DNA from: Camelus dromedarius
Taxonomy: Eukaryota
Reading direction: 5' to 3'
Assembly (NCBI RefSeq): GCF_036321535.1
Contig: NC_087437.1
Coordinates: 88,166,001-88,230,000, forward strand
Length of the DNA: 64,000 bases
The translations under genes and the position numbers were made by a program. The stretch's first letter is position 1; each line of letters opens with the position of its first letter. The notes under the pieces were generated by a model. It searched no databases. It worked only from the letters and a program-made list of their open reading frames with translations, and was not told the DNA's origin. Below are positions 24,136 through 37,460 of the stretch, one piece after another.

Positions 24136-26489
24136 TCCCATTTTCTAAGTAGATACTTTACTACATTTTACTATCTACCATATATAAAAGAAAACTAAAT
24201 GTAACCCAAATTTCAACAAGAGAAAAAGACTATATAATTAATCTGATTAGTTCTTCATAATTTTTCATGCATTTTTAACATTAACCTGAGCAAAACTCAT
24301 TTACTTCGTTATCAAAAAAAAGAGGTAGAAGAAACAATGAGATCCAACAAATGTCAGAAACCTCCAAGCTAAAAGCCACTATGGCAACAAAATCATCTTC
24401 TAAAGAAAGTGTCAGAGATTGTACATATTTTATCTGATGAATTGATGTCACTGATTAGCCTTGTAGAATGAGAGGAAAGAGTAAAATGTTAGCATAAGAA
24501 ATGCCAGAGAGAACAACACCGAAAGGAAACATAACTAATGAAACTTTTAAGGCAAACCAGATCATTAACCACAGCAAAAATAATCTATATTTACTCTGAT
24601 CTGCAGTTTATTCCATTTGTCCTGCAGAACCACTATTTAAATATAAGCCTTTAATTAATCGTTTAGACAAGAAAAAAAAGAAGCTATGAAATCAAATCTA
24701 GCTGTGGAAAAATTTTCTGATGAAACTATAAATCAAAGTTCCTATTATTTTGTACAAAGTAGTATCACTTTAAATCTCAGCCATATTGTACTTTCTCCAG
24801 TAAGTGAAATTAGAACAGTAATAGGAATGAAATAGAATTTGGTATTTTTTTAAGCAAAGAAACTCCAAGTTGCATAGAAAAATTACCAAATTTTCATTGG
24901 GTTGTGCATGTCTAAATTCTTTTTTTTTTTTGTATTATACATGCCCAACATCTTTAAGTAAGAAATGCATGCATCTTGAGGCATATATACTTGGTTTGCT
25001 GAGGGTTACTCAGAGATAAAGGTAAAATTCATCTTCCTGGAGTTATCTGTTTTACTTTGATATTTTTAAATAAAAGTTTTCAGTTTTTGCCATCATAAAA
25101 TATTTTGTCCCATACTAGAACAAACATGAGTTCTACTTTTTTTTTTCTCCATTTTAACTATTCTGAAGATTTCTGTGTGGGTGTGTGAAAGAGAAGAACA
25201 TGAGGGAAAGAGGAGGTAAGACAGAACATTTTAATGCACAGTGAGAGACTGGAAAATCTGGTACCTCTATGAACTTGCTGTTAATATTACCACATTCTCA
25301 TCAAAGGGAAAAATGCTAAAGTATATTAAGCCAGCATCACTGATACACATGAACAGTGCTAGTGTGCCACCACAGGTTGAGATGAACTCAAACCAGGAAA
25401 TTTTCTGTTGTAGGAAACGTTTCGTGGCCCTGAGCATGATAAAAATAATTTAACATGTTAAAAGCTAGTACTGATGTTGTTTTTGCTGTGTTCTATATTA
25501 AAACACTTCTCATAAATCAGTTCACTTCTTGCAACCATCACACTGCATCAATATTTTGTTTATAAACTGAATGGTGTAAGCTGACTTTCACTTCAAGTTC
25601 AGCTAATGTTCTTTACAGAAATATTGCTCAGGGTGGGGATAAAGAAATCTAGAAAAGTGGTACTATGCTCCCTTCCTTTCACCTCAGTAACACTGCCCCC
25701 TGAAAACACACACATACACACATACCCCACCACACACATACGCCCACACATGCACCATGCACACCTCTTCTAACCCAAATAATTTCCCCTCCCTTTGGAA
25801 ATCACTAGTCTAGGAGAAACTCTAATGAACAACTGTAAGAAATCAAACACCCATATTTTACAGGAAAACTACAAAAAGTTTTTTTTTAAATAAGTATAGA
25901 GAAAGAAAGCTTGGCTACAAGAAACAAAATATTGAGAGCATACTATAAATAACAAACATTTTGTTTTCTGAGGTGCCTCTCTAGGTCAATTTCTGAATTC
26001 CCTCATAATGTGAAGGTAATATAGTATTGGGTCAAATTTTGGTGATGCTCTGTATTATAGATAAGAATGTGTTTTAATAGGCTCAAAAGACATTTTGAAG
26101 CAGCTGGTTGTTTTTTGCTCCAAGTACTTATGATTTTCTTAAGGATGTATTATAACTAAAATTTACCTTGACTAGTCTTTCTCCATCAAGGTTCGGAATC
26201 CCAAATCATATTCTGACTAGCAGCCTTCAATCTTCCTCCAACTGCATAAACATATTCAGATCCGATGGGTCTCAGTACAAAATATTCGCTTTTGCATTTG
26301 AGGCTCTTATTTTGAATATTCTAGTTAGAAACAGTGAGCAATTATTTGATACTCCTTCAAGACACTGGATTATTGTTTTATTGGAGTTATTTTAAAAATA
26401 GCTCTTAGTTCTCATTTTAGTGAGAAATTGCATGAATTCATAAGTAAAGTAGGATAAGAAAACTTAATTGGGAAAATTTTCTGGTTTAC

Positions 26490-27830
26490 ATGATAAAAGT
26501 AAGTATTGACAAGGATGTACAGCAAAAGAAACTTATTCACTGTGGGCAATTGATAACAACTTTTTGGTAAGCTGTTTGTCAGCATTAACTACATATGAAC
26601 ATATGTAAATACTATGTTCCAGTAGTTCCACCCCTATATATAAGCAATAGGAATTTGTACACATTGGAACTAAAAGTCATGCACTAAAATATTTATAGTA
26701 GTTTATTCGTAATAGCCTTAAGCTGGAAGCAGCCCAAACATCTATCCAAAGTAGAACAGATAAATAATTATTTTTCCAGACAAGAGAATACACAATGGAA
26801 ATAAATGAGCTTCTGCTACATGCAAACAATATGGATGATTCTTACAAATATAATGTTGGGTAAAAGTGTAGCCAGAGCATAGGCTGCCCCATTTTGAGCA
26901 GCATAAAACCTGAAACATACATTTGCCATTCCTACTGACCCAAGCATGTCTAAGAGCTATTTTAGACAATGACAACTGACTTTTACACAATTTAGACAAT
27001 TGACTAAGATAGAATCATCTTGCTTGCTTATTAATTCCAGACACCAACCTCAAGGACATGGGCCTGGAAACTGGCAACAATTTAGACTATAAACCAGTCA
27101 CACAGCAAAGTCATCAAACTCCCAGGTCCCTGAAAGATTTAGATAAAGGTCTGACACACACACTTATTATAAGTTGTTTTTACAGGAGGCAGAGCTGCAC
27201 CAGATGAAAACTGCTAATCACAAGCACACAGACCCTAGGCTGGTTGAAACCAGAAGACTGGTGATGCTCGAAACTTCACCTTAATACCAACCAATCAGAG
27301 AACCGTGCATGAGCTGAATGTGCACCCTGCATCCTCCCCTTCATACTGCCTTTAAAGCCTTTGACTCCTAAATGGCTATTTGGAGATGGTCTTGGGCATT
27401 AGTCCACTATCTTCCCAGATTGCTGGCCTCCTGAATAAAGCAACTTTTCCTTTTCCAGCAACACTTGTCTCTACAGTATTGGCCTTCAAGCGGCAAGCAG
27501 CTGGACTTGGGTTTGGTACCAGCCTCGTTCAGTTACAAAGAATCCAGACACACCAAAAATCTAATGTATTGTGTGATTTCATTTACATGAAGTTCCAGAA
27601 CAAAAAAAAACCTAATTGGTAACAGAAGTCAAGTAATTATTAACTTTAAGGAAGAGAGTTTATAGTGAATGGAAGATGGCATAAATTGACTGTCTGGGGA
27701 ACTGATAATGTTCTATATTCTGATCTAGACGCTGGCTACCATGGTGTGTTTACTTTGAGAAAAATTCATTAGTGTATTGCGATTTGTGCATTTTTCATTA
27801 TACGTGTTGCATTTCAATGAACATGTTTTC
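26490..27830 (+). mobile_element. Old L1 (L1ME-like) 3' region interrupted by an LTR
   Basis: 'ttgacaaggatgt...tttattcgtaatagcc..aagctggaa...acaaatataatgttgggtaaaag' resumes as 'aatccagacac...gatttcatttacatgaag'. Confidence 0.75.
26867..27537 (+). mobile_element. ERV1-like solo LTR (~670 bp)
   Basis: TG...CA termini, CCAAT ('accaatcag'), TATA-like 'tttaaag', 'cctgaataaagcaact' poly(A) signal; AAG on both flanks; splits a contiguous L1 sequence. Confidence 0.85.
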
Positions 27831-28619
27831 CTAAAAACATCTGGCAGTAGTGCTTTGCCCCACCTCATGTTGTGCACCTGAAACAATATAATATTGTAAA
27901 CCAACTATAATTTTAAAAAATCTGATAGCAGGAGAGAATGCATTAGGTATGAAGAAATAGAGTTAGTATTATTCAAAGTGACTGATACAAATGATAATGT
28001 TAGGTAAAGAGGAAACATTGTTCTAACTGAATGTAACATATTGAAGCAAGTAAATAAGGTCATCGATAATTTAAAAAAATGAACATCAAGGCTTCTCATA
28101 CAGATAGAGAGCTCACACCAACTTTCAGACCAACCTTCATACCAGTCCTCACACAGATAACAACTATATATCTTTTCTGGGAAGGAAAAAAAGCCCAGCC
28201 TAAAGGCACTAGAGGGTGTCCAAAAGCAGACAGACCCCAGAAGGAAATGAGCACTTGGTAGAAGGGAATCACACCAAGTGAGTTTCCCATATATATGACT
28301 CTTAAACCAATGACAGTTACCAGTCTCCATCATGTGAGGCAACTAAAACTTCAATAGAAAATTCACAATCTTACTGGCTGGAAGAACCTGACAACTGAGT
28401 TTGGATCAACCAAAATCACTGGCTAATGTCATGTGAGATTTCAGAAATGAGAGAGGCTAAGAGAGAGGAGCCCTGAATTCTATGTATAAACCTTTGGCTG
28501 ATCTGAATAGCACATCTGTGGGATAAACTCCTAACAGCATAGCCAAGGATAAGAGGAATGAACTGAGATTTCATGGGCCGATGCCATTGCAAGGGAGATG
28601 GCTGGCAGTTTAAGCTGGC

Positions 28620-29137
28620 TATGGTAGGCTGGATAATGCCTCTCAAAGATGCCCATATCCCAGTCCTTGGAATCTGTGACTATGTTAAGTTACATGCCAA
28701 GAGGGAATTAAGGTAGCATATGGAAGTAAGATTGCTAGTCAACAGGCCTTAAAAAAAAGGAGATTTTTATGGATTATGAGAGGGTCCAATATAATCACAA
28801 GGGTCCTAAAATGTGGAAGAGGGAAGCAGTTGAGTCAGTTTCAGAGAGATTCAATCTGAAAAAGACACGACTGACTAGACATTGCTGATTTTGAATATAG
28901 AAAAGGGCTAAGAGCCAACAAATTCAGATAGTTTCAAAACACTAAAAAAGAGTCGAAAAAGGGGGGTGGGGTGGGGAGGATAATTCCAGGAAGGAATGAA
29001 GTTTTGCTAAAACCTTTGTTTTAGCCCAGAGAGAACCATTTCAGACTTTTGATGTCCAGAACTGTAGAAGAAATTTGCATTGTTTAACTCACTAGACTTG
29101 CAGAAATTTGTTACAAAAGTCATACAAATCTAATACA
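28620..29137 (+). mobile_element. MaLR LTR (MLT1C/D-like)
   Basis: 'ataatg...caaagatg..cat..ccc...ggaatctgtga.tatgtta..ttacatg...taatcacaagggtcct...ttagcccag...cagactt...ccagaactgta...ttgttaca...ctaataca'. Confidence 0.85.
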
Positions 29138-30360
29138 GATTTTGGTACTGGAAGTACGGTGGTGCTGCAATTAATACGTAAAATGTGGAAGTGACCTTGG
29201 ATTTGGGCAATGGATTGGACCTGGAAAAGATTTCAGGTACATCGTAGGAAAAGCCTAGATTACCTTGAACAGCCTATTAGTAAAAATATGGATGCTAATC
29301 ATCTTGCTAAAGACGATTCTGAAGGAAATAAGGAACATATTATTGAAAACTGGAAAAAATGGGATATATAGTGTCAGAACACTTAGTAGTATTATGTTCT
29401 GCAGTTATATGGAAAATATAAATTGTAAGTAATGAACGCAAATATTTAGTCAAGGAGACTTCCAAGCAAAGTGTTGAAGCTGTTGCTTGCTTCTTGCTTC
29501 CTAGAGTAAAATGTGAGAGAACAGAGATATGATAATGAAAAACTATTATACAAAAAGGATCAGGATTTGATGACTTGGGACATTATCAGCCTAACCAGAT
29601 TGCAACAGACACTAAAATTAAGACATTCACTATCATGAAAGTGGGCTCTAGCAAAAAACCCAAAACAACTAAGAGTGCAGCTGGACAACCATTTGCTAAT
29701 CCTTTCAAAAAATGTAATGGTCATGGAATTCATTCATATAAAAGGCTCTTTGAAAAGATTTAGTGTGTGATTCAGATCCCTTAAGCCTCTCAGCAGAAGT
29801 TAAAGAAGTTTGAGAAAAATGGGACATGTAGAGAAGTCAGAGAAAAATGACACATTATACATGAAAGAATAACAATTTCAATGATTCATAGATAGAAACT
29901 TTGGAACCTGTGACTATGTTAAGTTACATGCCAACAGGAAATTATCGTAGATAATAAAAGCAAGAAGAAAGCAGATCATTTTTAAAGTGCTGCTTTCTAG
30001 GAAAACTATGTGGAGGAGCTTCCTGTCTTATGGAGTGAATTTCTGTGACATACATAAGAGACCCATAAGGTTCTTCAAAATTTTATGCAGAAACTGCCAG
30101 TTTGAATTTTAAAAAGACATAGTACAAAATATAAAAAAGGAAGGAAGGCTATTGGACTTCCAAAACTCTATAGGCAAGACAAAGGACGATAAAACCACTC
30201 AGCTGCAAACACGTACGACTTTTCATAAAAAGGAAGGACTACTCAGAGGGTGGAGCCCTGATCCTAAAGGGGTGTGCACTGAATCACCAAGAACTATTCT
30301 CAGGCACTGAAAACAAATAGTTTGTTTGTTTGGATTTCAAAATTGTCTGTGACTGGTGAT
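29138..30360 (+). mobile_element. MaLR internal sequence, interrupted at ~29810-29990
   Basis: Begins right after the LTR with 'gattttggtact...ggtgctgc...aaaatgtggaagtg.c.ttgga..tggg.aatgg', the typical MLT1-int start. Confidence 0.75.
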
Positions 30361-30810
30361 ATGCTGACCAAGAATTTATTATCCATTGAAAAATATGCTT
30401 TTAAAAAAAGTCAACTAAAGACATTCTCAGATAAAAGAAAACCAAGAAAATTCATTGCAAGTAGACCTGTATTATAGAAAAACAATAAAGGACATTCTTG
30501 TGGCAAATGGCAAATGATACCTTTAACCTCTAGGAAGGAATAAAACACGTTAAAAATGGTAAATATGCTCATAAAAATAAGAGGCTATCCTCCCTTTATA
30601 TTTATTTAAAATCTAAATAATTTATTAAAGAAAAATCATAACAATGAATTGTGGGGTTTATAAGACATATAAATGTAATACATATGAAAAACACAAATGA
30701 TGGGGGAGTAAATGAACCTACATGGTTACGTAACTAATATTTTATGGGCAGAGGTACTACATTAACTTCAACCAGAATGTGAAAAGTTAAAAATGTAACC
30801 CCTAAAACAT
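30361..30810 (+). mobile_element. Old L1 ORF1 3' end and spacer fragment
   Basis: 'ccaagaatt...tatcc...aagacattctcagata...gaaaattcattgc..gtagacctg...aaatggtaaata'. Confidence 0.7.
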
Positions 30811-33116
30811 TCATCTAAAAATAATTTAAATAAGAATACTTAAAACTATAACAGATATAAAGGAATATTAACAAAGGCACAAGAAAACACATATTTATGT
30901 AACTAGTAGAGCTATGGAAAGAAATCAGCCTTTCCATAATTTTCACAGTGCAATAGGAAAGAGCTATATTTGTGTTTTCTAAAATATTTATAAGCTTTAC
31001 AGCCTTAAACTTTAGCAAGAGAAATTTAAACTTAGTATAATAAAGATGGTAAGGCATGTTGAGTACTGTTACTCTGTACAAGGGCAGAAAATGGCTGGTA
31101 TGACTATTTAGGTTAAAGCCAATAATGATTGTTGATCTATTAATGAAAAGGTAGCCCTTTATAAAGGCAATCATTTTCATTTTTTTCTTTTAACTGGAGA
31201 TTAAAGAGATGCCATTTCTAAGAGATAAAATTCTTCTCCCTAACTTTTGGGAGCTCTATTTTAAAGTGTAATTATTTAGAATTTATTCAAAACAGATACA
31301 GGATTCACAGTGATAAGAAGAGTGAAAAAATGTTCTTCTTAATAGGTGAACCAAATTCCTATTAAAACCAGTGGAGCCAAGTTCTCAATGTTTTGCCTAT
31401 AAGTAAAGCTGAAATTTCATACTTTCTTAGGTACAATGAGTTCTGAATTGATAATCGCATTTTATGTATACGTCAAAGTAAGTCACTCTGGCATTCTATT
31501 CCAGTTGTTTATTCAACTTCTCACATTTTCATAAGCCCAGAGGTTTCTGAGCACAATATTTAAATATTCCAATTATTATGCCATGTCCTTATACAAGTAA
31601 ACAACTGTTGAATTGAGATAAATTCAATATTCTGTTCTTATTCTAAGCTTAACAAAACTGAGAAAAGATGGATATTTCACTATGTGTTTTTATTACATCA
31701 ATGATGCTTAGAGGGGAAAGTTTAATATACAATTCAATTTACAGCTTAGTTTACCAAAGTAACGAAGAATAACTCTGAATTTAGGAAATAATAACAATTG
31801 ATAGAAGGGGGAAAAAAGGTGAATGCCAAAGAAAGAGGCATGTCTGAATACAGATGTGGCCTGATGTCAGGTTCCACAGAGAAAAGACTGTGAAAGAATT
31901 CTTAATTCAACCAATATTCTCTAAAAATTACAACCCAATGTATGTTATGCCTCAATTAAATAACAAAAACTGTCACCCAGTATTTCAGTGGTACTTATAT
32001 ATTTGCATATTATACAATTACCCTTGTACTTATCAACTGGTATAGTAATTTAAGAGGCACAGTTATTGGTTTCAATCTAGACAAAAGAATTGATTTCACA
32101 ACTACCTATATTTCATAAAAATTTTTCCATTTTCCACTTTAAAAATGCATGTTACCTAAAATGTTAATGCAAAGTTATATATTCATATTAATTATTACAA
32201 CACACATTTCTCAGCAAAGTTCTACATCTATCCAGTGCATTTTGAAATTTTCTAAGTTGTTTTCAATGTCAAATGTAACTTTGTATAATTGGTCGTCTCT
32301 TAAAGATTGCATCCTTAAGAACCACATTTTTAGTGAAAATCAGACGTTCAGATCCTTCTGTTTTTGTTGTTGTTTTCATGTTTGGTTTGGAATCTGTTGG
32401 TTCTCTAATGAGTTATCAACTTAGGCAAAAGAATTAAAAATATTCATGATTTTGGTCTCTGGATGAGAAAACACAGAGTGAGATGTCTAGGGTTTTTTTT
32501 TTTTTTTTTTTTTCAGTTTTATTGAGGACAAGACTTGGAATCTGAATGGGGATTGAGCATATCTCAATCATAATTCCATTTGTTTGCTTTCATCCAGATA
32601 AGGCCTAGGCTAGGGGGAGTAAGTTAGAGCTTGGTGGTATATGCCTGTATAAATGCAAGGAAAGAGAGGCAGAGCTACAACAGGTATCAAACATGCTCTA
32701 GTGTCTAGAAACCCTGTGCTTCTTGTAAGCTTGTCATGCTGGATGTCACATCTTCAGCAACTTTTTAGTTCATTGAGCACTGCTGACCACAAGCAGTATG
32801 CCAGGCTACTCTGACACAAAGGTAATATAAGTGTAGCTGTCTCATGTATTAATAATGACTTTTTTTTTTTTTTTTGGCAGGAACATACCCTTTATGAGTA
32901 AATATAAGAGCAATAAATGATATAATTCACTAGCTTCAGGACATGGAAAAAAAGGTTTGCTTCCTTTAATTTGTGGCCCCAGTGATCCCTGAGGTTGTAG
33001 CTATGAAAATCAATGAATGTCACGTGGCTCTATAGATGACACCTTTGTGGTTCTACTACAGAAGCAACATTCTATTAGTACCTCATTCCTGTTGTTGTCT
33101 CTGGAGTGACATACAG

Positions 33117-34580
33117 TATAACCAAGAAACCAGCTGGTGCAGGAAGTCCAGAAGTCTCCAAATAAGATTAATCCAAAGAGACCCACACCTAGACATATTA
33201 TAATTAAAATGCCGAGAGTTAAAGACAAGGAGAGAGTGTTATAAGTAGCAAAAGAAAAGCAATGTTACATACAAGGGAATCCTCATAAGGCATCAGCAGA
33301 TTTTTTCAGCAGAAATTTTGCAGGCCAGAAGGGAGTGGCATGATATACTTAACGTGCTAAAAGAAACAATTTCCAAAGAAGAATACCCTACCTGACAAAG
33401 TATCATTCAGAACTGAAGAAGATATAAAGAATTTTTTAGAAAAGCAGAACTAAAGGAGTTCATCACCACTAAACTGGCCTTAAAAGAAACGTTAAAGGGA
33501 CTTCTTTAAGTTGAAAAGAAAGGGTACTAATCAGTAACAAGAAAAGATACGAAAGGCTAAATCTCACTGGTCAAGGTAAACATAAAATAAAGAAAGTAGA
33601 TTAATCACTTATAAAGGCAGTAAGAAGGTTAAAAGACAAAAGAAGTAAAAATAACTAACTAAAATAATTAGTTAACAGGTACACATGATAAAAATAAGCA
33701 AAATGTGACATCAAAGACATAAAACATGAGTGGGAGAAGAATAAAACTACAGGGCTTTATGTGTTCAAACATAACTTGTTATCAACTTAAAACTGACTAT
33801 TATAAATATAAGTTGTCATATATAAGCCTCATGGTAACCATAGAGCAAAAGTCTATAGTAGATACACAAAGATAATGAGAAAGGAATCTAAGCCTACCAT
33901 TAAAGGAAGTAAATCAGTCCAGAGAGGAAGAGAGCAAGAGAAGAAGAAAAGAACAAGAGATCTACAAAAGAGCCAGAAAAACAATGAAACAGCAATAAGT
34001 ACACACTTATTAATAATTACTTTAAATGTAAATGGACTAATTTCTTCAATCAAAAGAATGGCTGAATGAATTAGAACAATAACAACAACAAAAAAACAAG
34101 GTCCATCTATATGCCACCTACAGTAGACTCACCTCAGACATTAGGATACACACACAGATTGAATGAAAAGCATGGAAAAAAACATTTTATGCAAACAGAA
34201 ACCCAAAAAATCTGGGATGTAGCTATACTTATATCAGACAAAATAGTCTTTAAAATAAAGACTTGTATAAAAGACAAAGAAAGGCATTATGTAATGATAA
34301 ACGGGTCAATCCAACAAGAGGATATAACATTTGTAAATATTTATGCACCTCATATAGAAGCTCCTAAATATATAAAGCAAATATCATCAGACCATAAAAG
34401 AAAACAGACAGTAATATAATAATAATGGGAAACTTTGATATCCCACTCACACAACAGAAAGATTATCCAGACAGAAAATCAATACGGAAACATCAGCCTT
34501 AAAGAAAACATTAGATCAGATGATCTTAACAGATATACACCTCAAAACAAACAAACAAACAAACAAAAAAACTCAGCAGC
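33117..34580 (+). mobile_element. L1 fragment: ORF1 C-terminal half, spacer, ORF2 endonuclease N-terminus (disrupted)
   Basis: ORF1 'RPTPRHIIIKM'; ORF2 EN motifs 'ITLNVNGL.S.IKR', 'VAILISDKI.FK', 'KDKE.HY.MI.GSIQQEDITFVNIYAP'. Confidence 0.92.
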
Positions 34581-35737
34581 TGATATATCTGGCCAATCTC
34601 CAGAAACCCACCAGGTCAATTAAGTAGGAAATAGTATTTTTTTAGACTGACCAACCACTCATGTGAGACTAATGTGTTCCCAATGAACAGCAGTAATAAA
34701 TTCCTGTGATAGAATTTTTTAAATTCAACAAAGGAAAATGCCTTTAGTAGATGGAAATTCACAAAAATCTAAGTATTGTAACCATTTGTCTCAAGTCTGT
34801 GATCTTTGAAGCCTGGGTCTGCAAAGGAACTAGAAGTGGTTTGATCCACTTTAAAGTGCTGACTTTAATGGCAAAGCATCTCTCTATCATTCTCAGTAAA
34901 GATATCATGCTTGGTTTTGGTAAAAGGCGGAAGTCTACACAAAATCCCCCACTGTTGTATGAAACAAATATCCATCTTTCTCAGATAAAATTAATTTTAC
35001 AAGTGATTACATGTGTCTGAAACAACTGAAAACTTATCCACAAGTATGGTACTTAAGGGTTCCTAAATATAGATAACATATAACATTCAAGGAAGAGTCC
35101 ATGGGGGATATGGGATTGGAAAAAATCTTTAAGAAGTAAAATAGGGATAGGAAAGAGGTGAATTGATGTAGAGTCCATTTCACGTTGGTAGAAAGACAAG
35201 CCACGAAGTAGCAAAGCACAAACGAAGGATAACGTCTTCCTAGACTAACCAAGGCAACATGCTGGCTGAGGGTGAAGTTCTTACAGATCCAGTCCCAATA
35301 CAGACAGTTCAGACTGAGCAGATGTTCATAGGGGATCACAAGCCACAGTGAACTAGGCCTATTCAGGCTTGGGTATGTGCCTGAGGTACACAAATTTTTT
35401 TACAGTGCTCTGAACATGACTTCACTCAGTCAATGTTGTAGATTCATTTACACTTTACATGTTGTCAAGCCCTTTATCAAGCCTTGAACTCCTTTATCCA
35501 TAAAAAGCATTTTGAGATTTACTGAAAGTATTTAGATCAGGGCCTGAATTTGGGTTGGGGGGCAGAGAGCAAGTTCTGATTCTCTTTCTCTTTAACTACT
35601 GCATTCTTAACCAAAGGGGGAATAGAGTAATGGTACACTTTACCATTTTTCTTTCTTTCCTTTTTTCTTTTTCTTAACTTTATGGCATTAGAAAATATTA
35701 GTTTGATGATAAAAATAATAGTGATATCATCATATCT

Positions 35738-36230
35738 TGTGGTAGGCAAAATAATAATGCCCAAAGATGTCCATGCTCTAATCCCCAGATCTGGCAAATA
35801 TGTTACCTTATTTAATAGCAAGAAACGCTGCAAATGTGATTAAGGGTACAGACCTTATGGTGGGAAGACTGTTCTGGATTATTTGGGTGGATCCAATCTA
35901 ATATATGAGAAACCTTCCCAGTTGGGTCAGAAAGATGAGACAGAAAAAGAGAAAGAAAGTTGAAGTGTAAGAAGGACTCAGCTTGCTGATGCTGGCTTTT
36001 GAAGATGAAGAGGGGCACGTGCAAAGGAGTATGGGTGACTCCCTAAAAGCTAGAAAAGGCAAGAAAATATATACTTCCCTAGAGTCTTCAGGTGGAACAC
36101 AACTCTGTCAACACTGATTTTAGCTTAGTGTGGCTCGTATTGGACTTCTCACTTACCAAACTGTAAAATAATAAATTTAGGCTGATAAGTTCGTAGTAAT
36201 CTATTACAGCAGCAATTAAAAACAAATACA
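35738..36230 (+). mobile_element. MaLR solo LTR (MLT1D-like)
   Basis: 'tgtggtaggca.aataat...cccaaagatgtcca...taatcccc...atatgttacctta' through 'actgtaaaataataaattt...ttacagcagcaat..aaaac.aataca'. Confidence 0.88.
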
Positions 36231-36399
36231 CACTTCTTCCATGTACAGCAAGTCTAACGAGAAGAAAAGAAACTGATGCTGTTTACAAAATTATTTTACC
36301 TCCATCTTTCCCTTTACACCAAACTTTCGCAGTGACCCTGAGATACATAATAATAACCCCAGTTTAGAGAGGAAGAAACACAAGTTAATTTGTCTAGCC

Positions 36400-37460
36400 T
36401 GTATTCACTTACTCACTTACATACTACATGTATCTACTATACCATAGAAAAGTATTAATAATCTATAGTATATAAAGTGCTGTATTAAGTGCTAGGGCAT
36501 AGTAGTAAAAAAAAAATGATACCAACATACTTGTTTTCCCCATTGCCCTTACATTTTGGTGGAAAAGAAAGGCATTGAACATGTAATTAAAAGTGTGATA
36601 GATGGTGCAAAGGAAAAATCAGTTCTGTTGGTCTGTAAAACAGAAAGACCAGCTTGGGCCCAGGAAGTCAGGGAAGATTTCTCTGAACATACGATGTCCT
36701 AGATGAGATGCAGGATGAAATAAATTAGATGAAGCAAGCTGGATAAGTAAAAAAAAAGACTTTCTTGGTAAAATACTACACCATGTAGGAAGGTCTAGAG
36801 ATAAAGTCAAGTTCAGAGTATTTCAGAAACTGAAACAAGTACAGAATGACTGAAGGAAGGAGTGGTGCAGAGTGAGGCTGAAGAGGCTGGCACACAATGG
36901 TCCCTGGGTGTTATCTTAAGCAAAATGAAAAATGATTGAAGGATTTTAAACTACTGTGTGACTCAAAAAGGTTCAGATTTTAAAGTATTCGTCTGGTGGC
37001 AAGAGGATAAACGGACTGGAAGGGAGATAGCGTGGGATCTTCTAGGACAACTGAAAGTCTGCAGTGGTAGACTGGGGAGGGTGACAGAAATGAGGTTTGA
37101 GACATCAGTACATTCAAGAGATATTCTGGACTGACATGAACTTGACTTGGCATGGGGCATTTGGAGTCAAACAAGAGTTTCAAAATTCTGGCATCAGGGG
37201 ACATGGAGCCATCCACTGTGAGAGGCAATGTTCCAGGAGGTGTTTGAGAAAAAAAATTAAGAGTTCTGTTGGACATCTTATGTTTGAGATGCCTTGGAGA
37301 CATCCAAGTAAGAATATGAGTTATTATGAGATATGTGGATCTGGAATTCTGGAGATGGCTGGGCTTGAGAAATATATTTGGGAGCCACTGACAAACAAGG
37401 CAAGAGTATATCAAGGAATAAGAAAAGTGTCTATGACAGAACCCTAAGGAAGATTATTCC
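36400..37460 (-). mobile_element. L2 (~1 kb fragment)
   Basis: Reverse tail 'tattcacttactcac', 'gtcagggaagatttctctg', 'gagttctgttggacat...tttgagatgcc...gacatccaag'. Confidence 0.8.

Noticed and set aside
34544..34571. (CAAA)n as the poly(A) tail of a prematurely polyadenylated L1
   Set aside because: L1-like sequence ('cagcag') seems to continue after it and I found no TSD; more likely an internal microsatellite expansion.
36963..37447. ORFs of 116-144 aa
   Set aside because: Lie entirely within a decayed L2.
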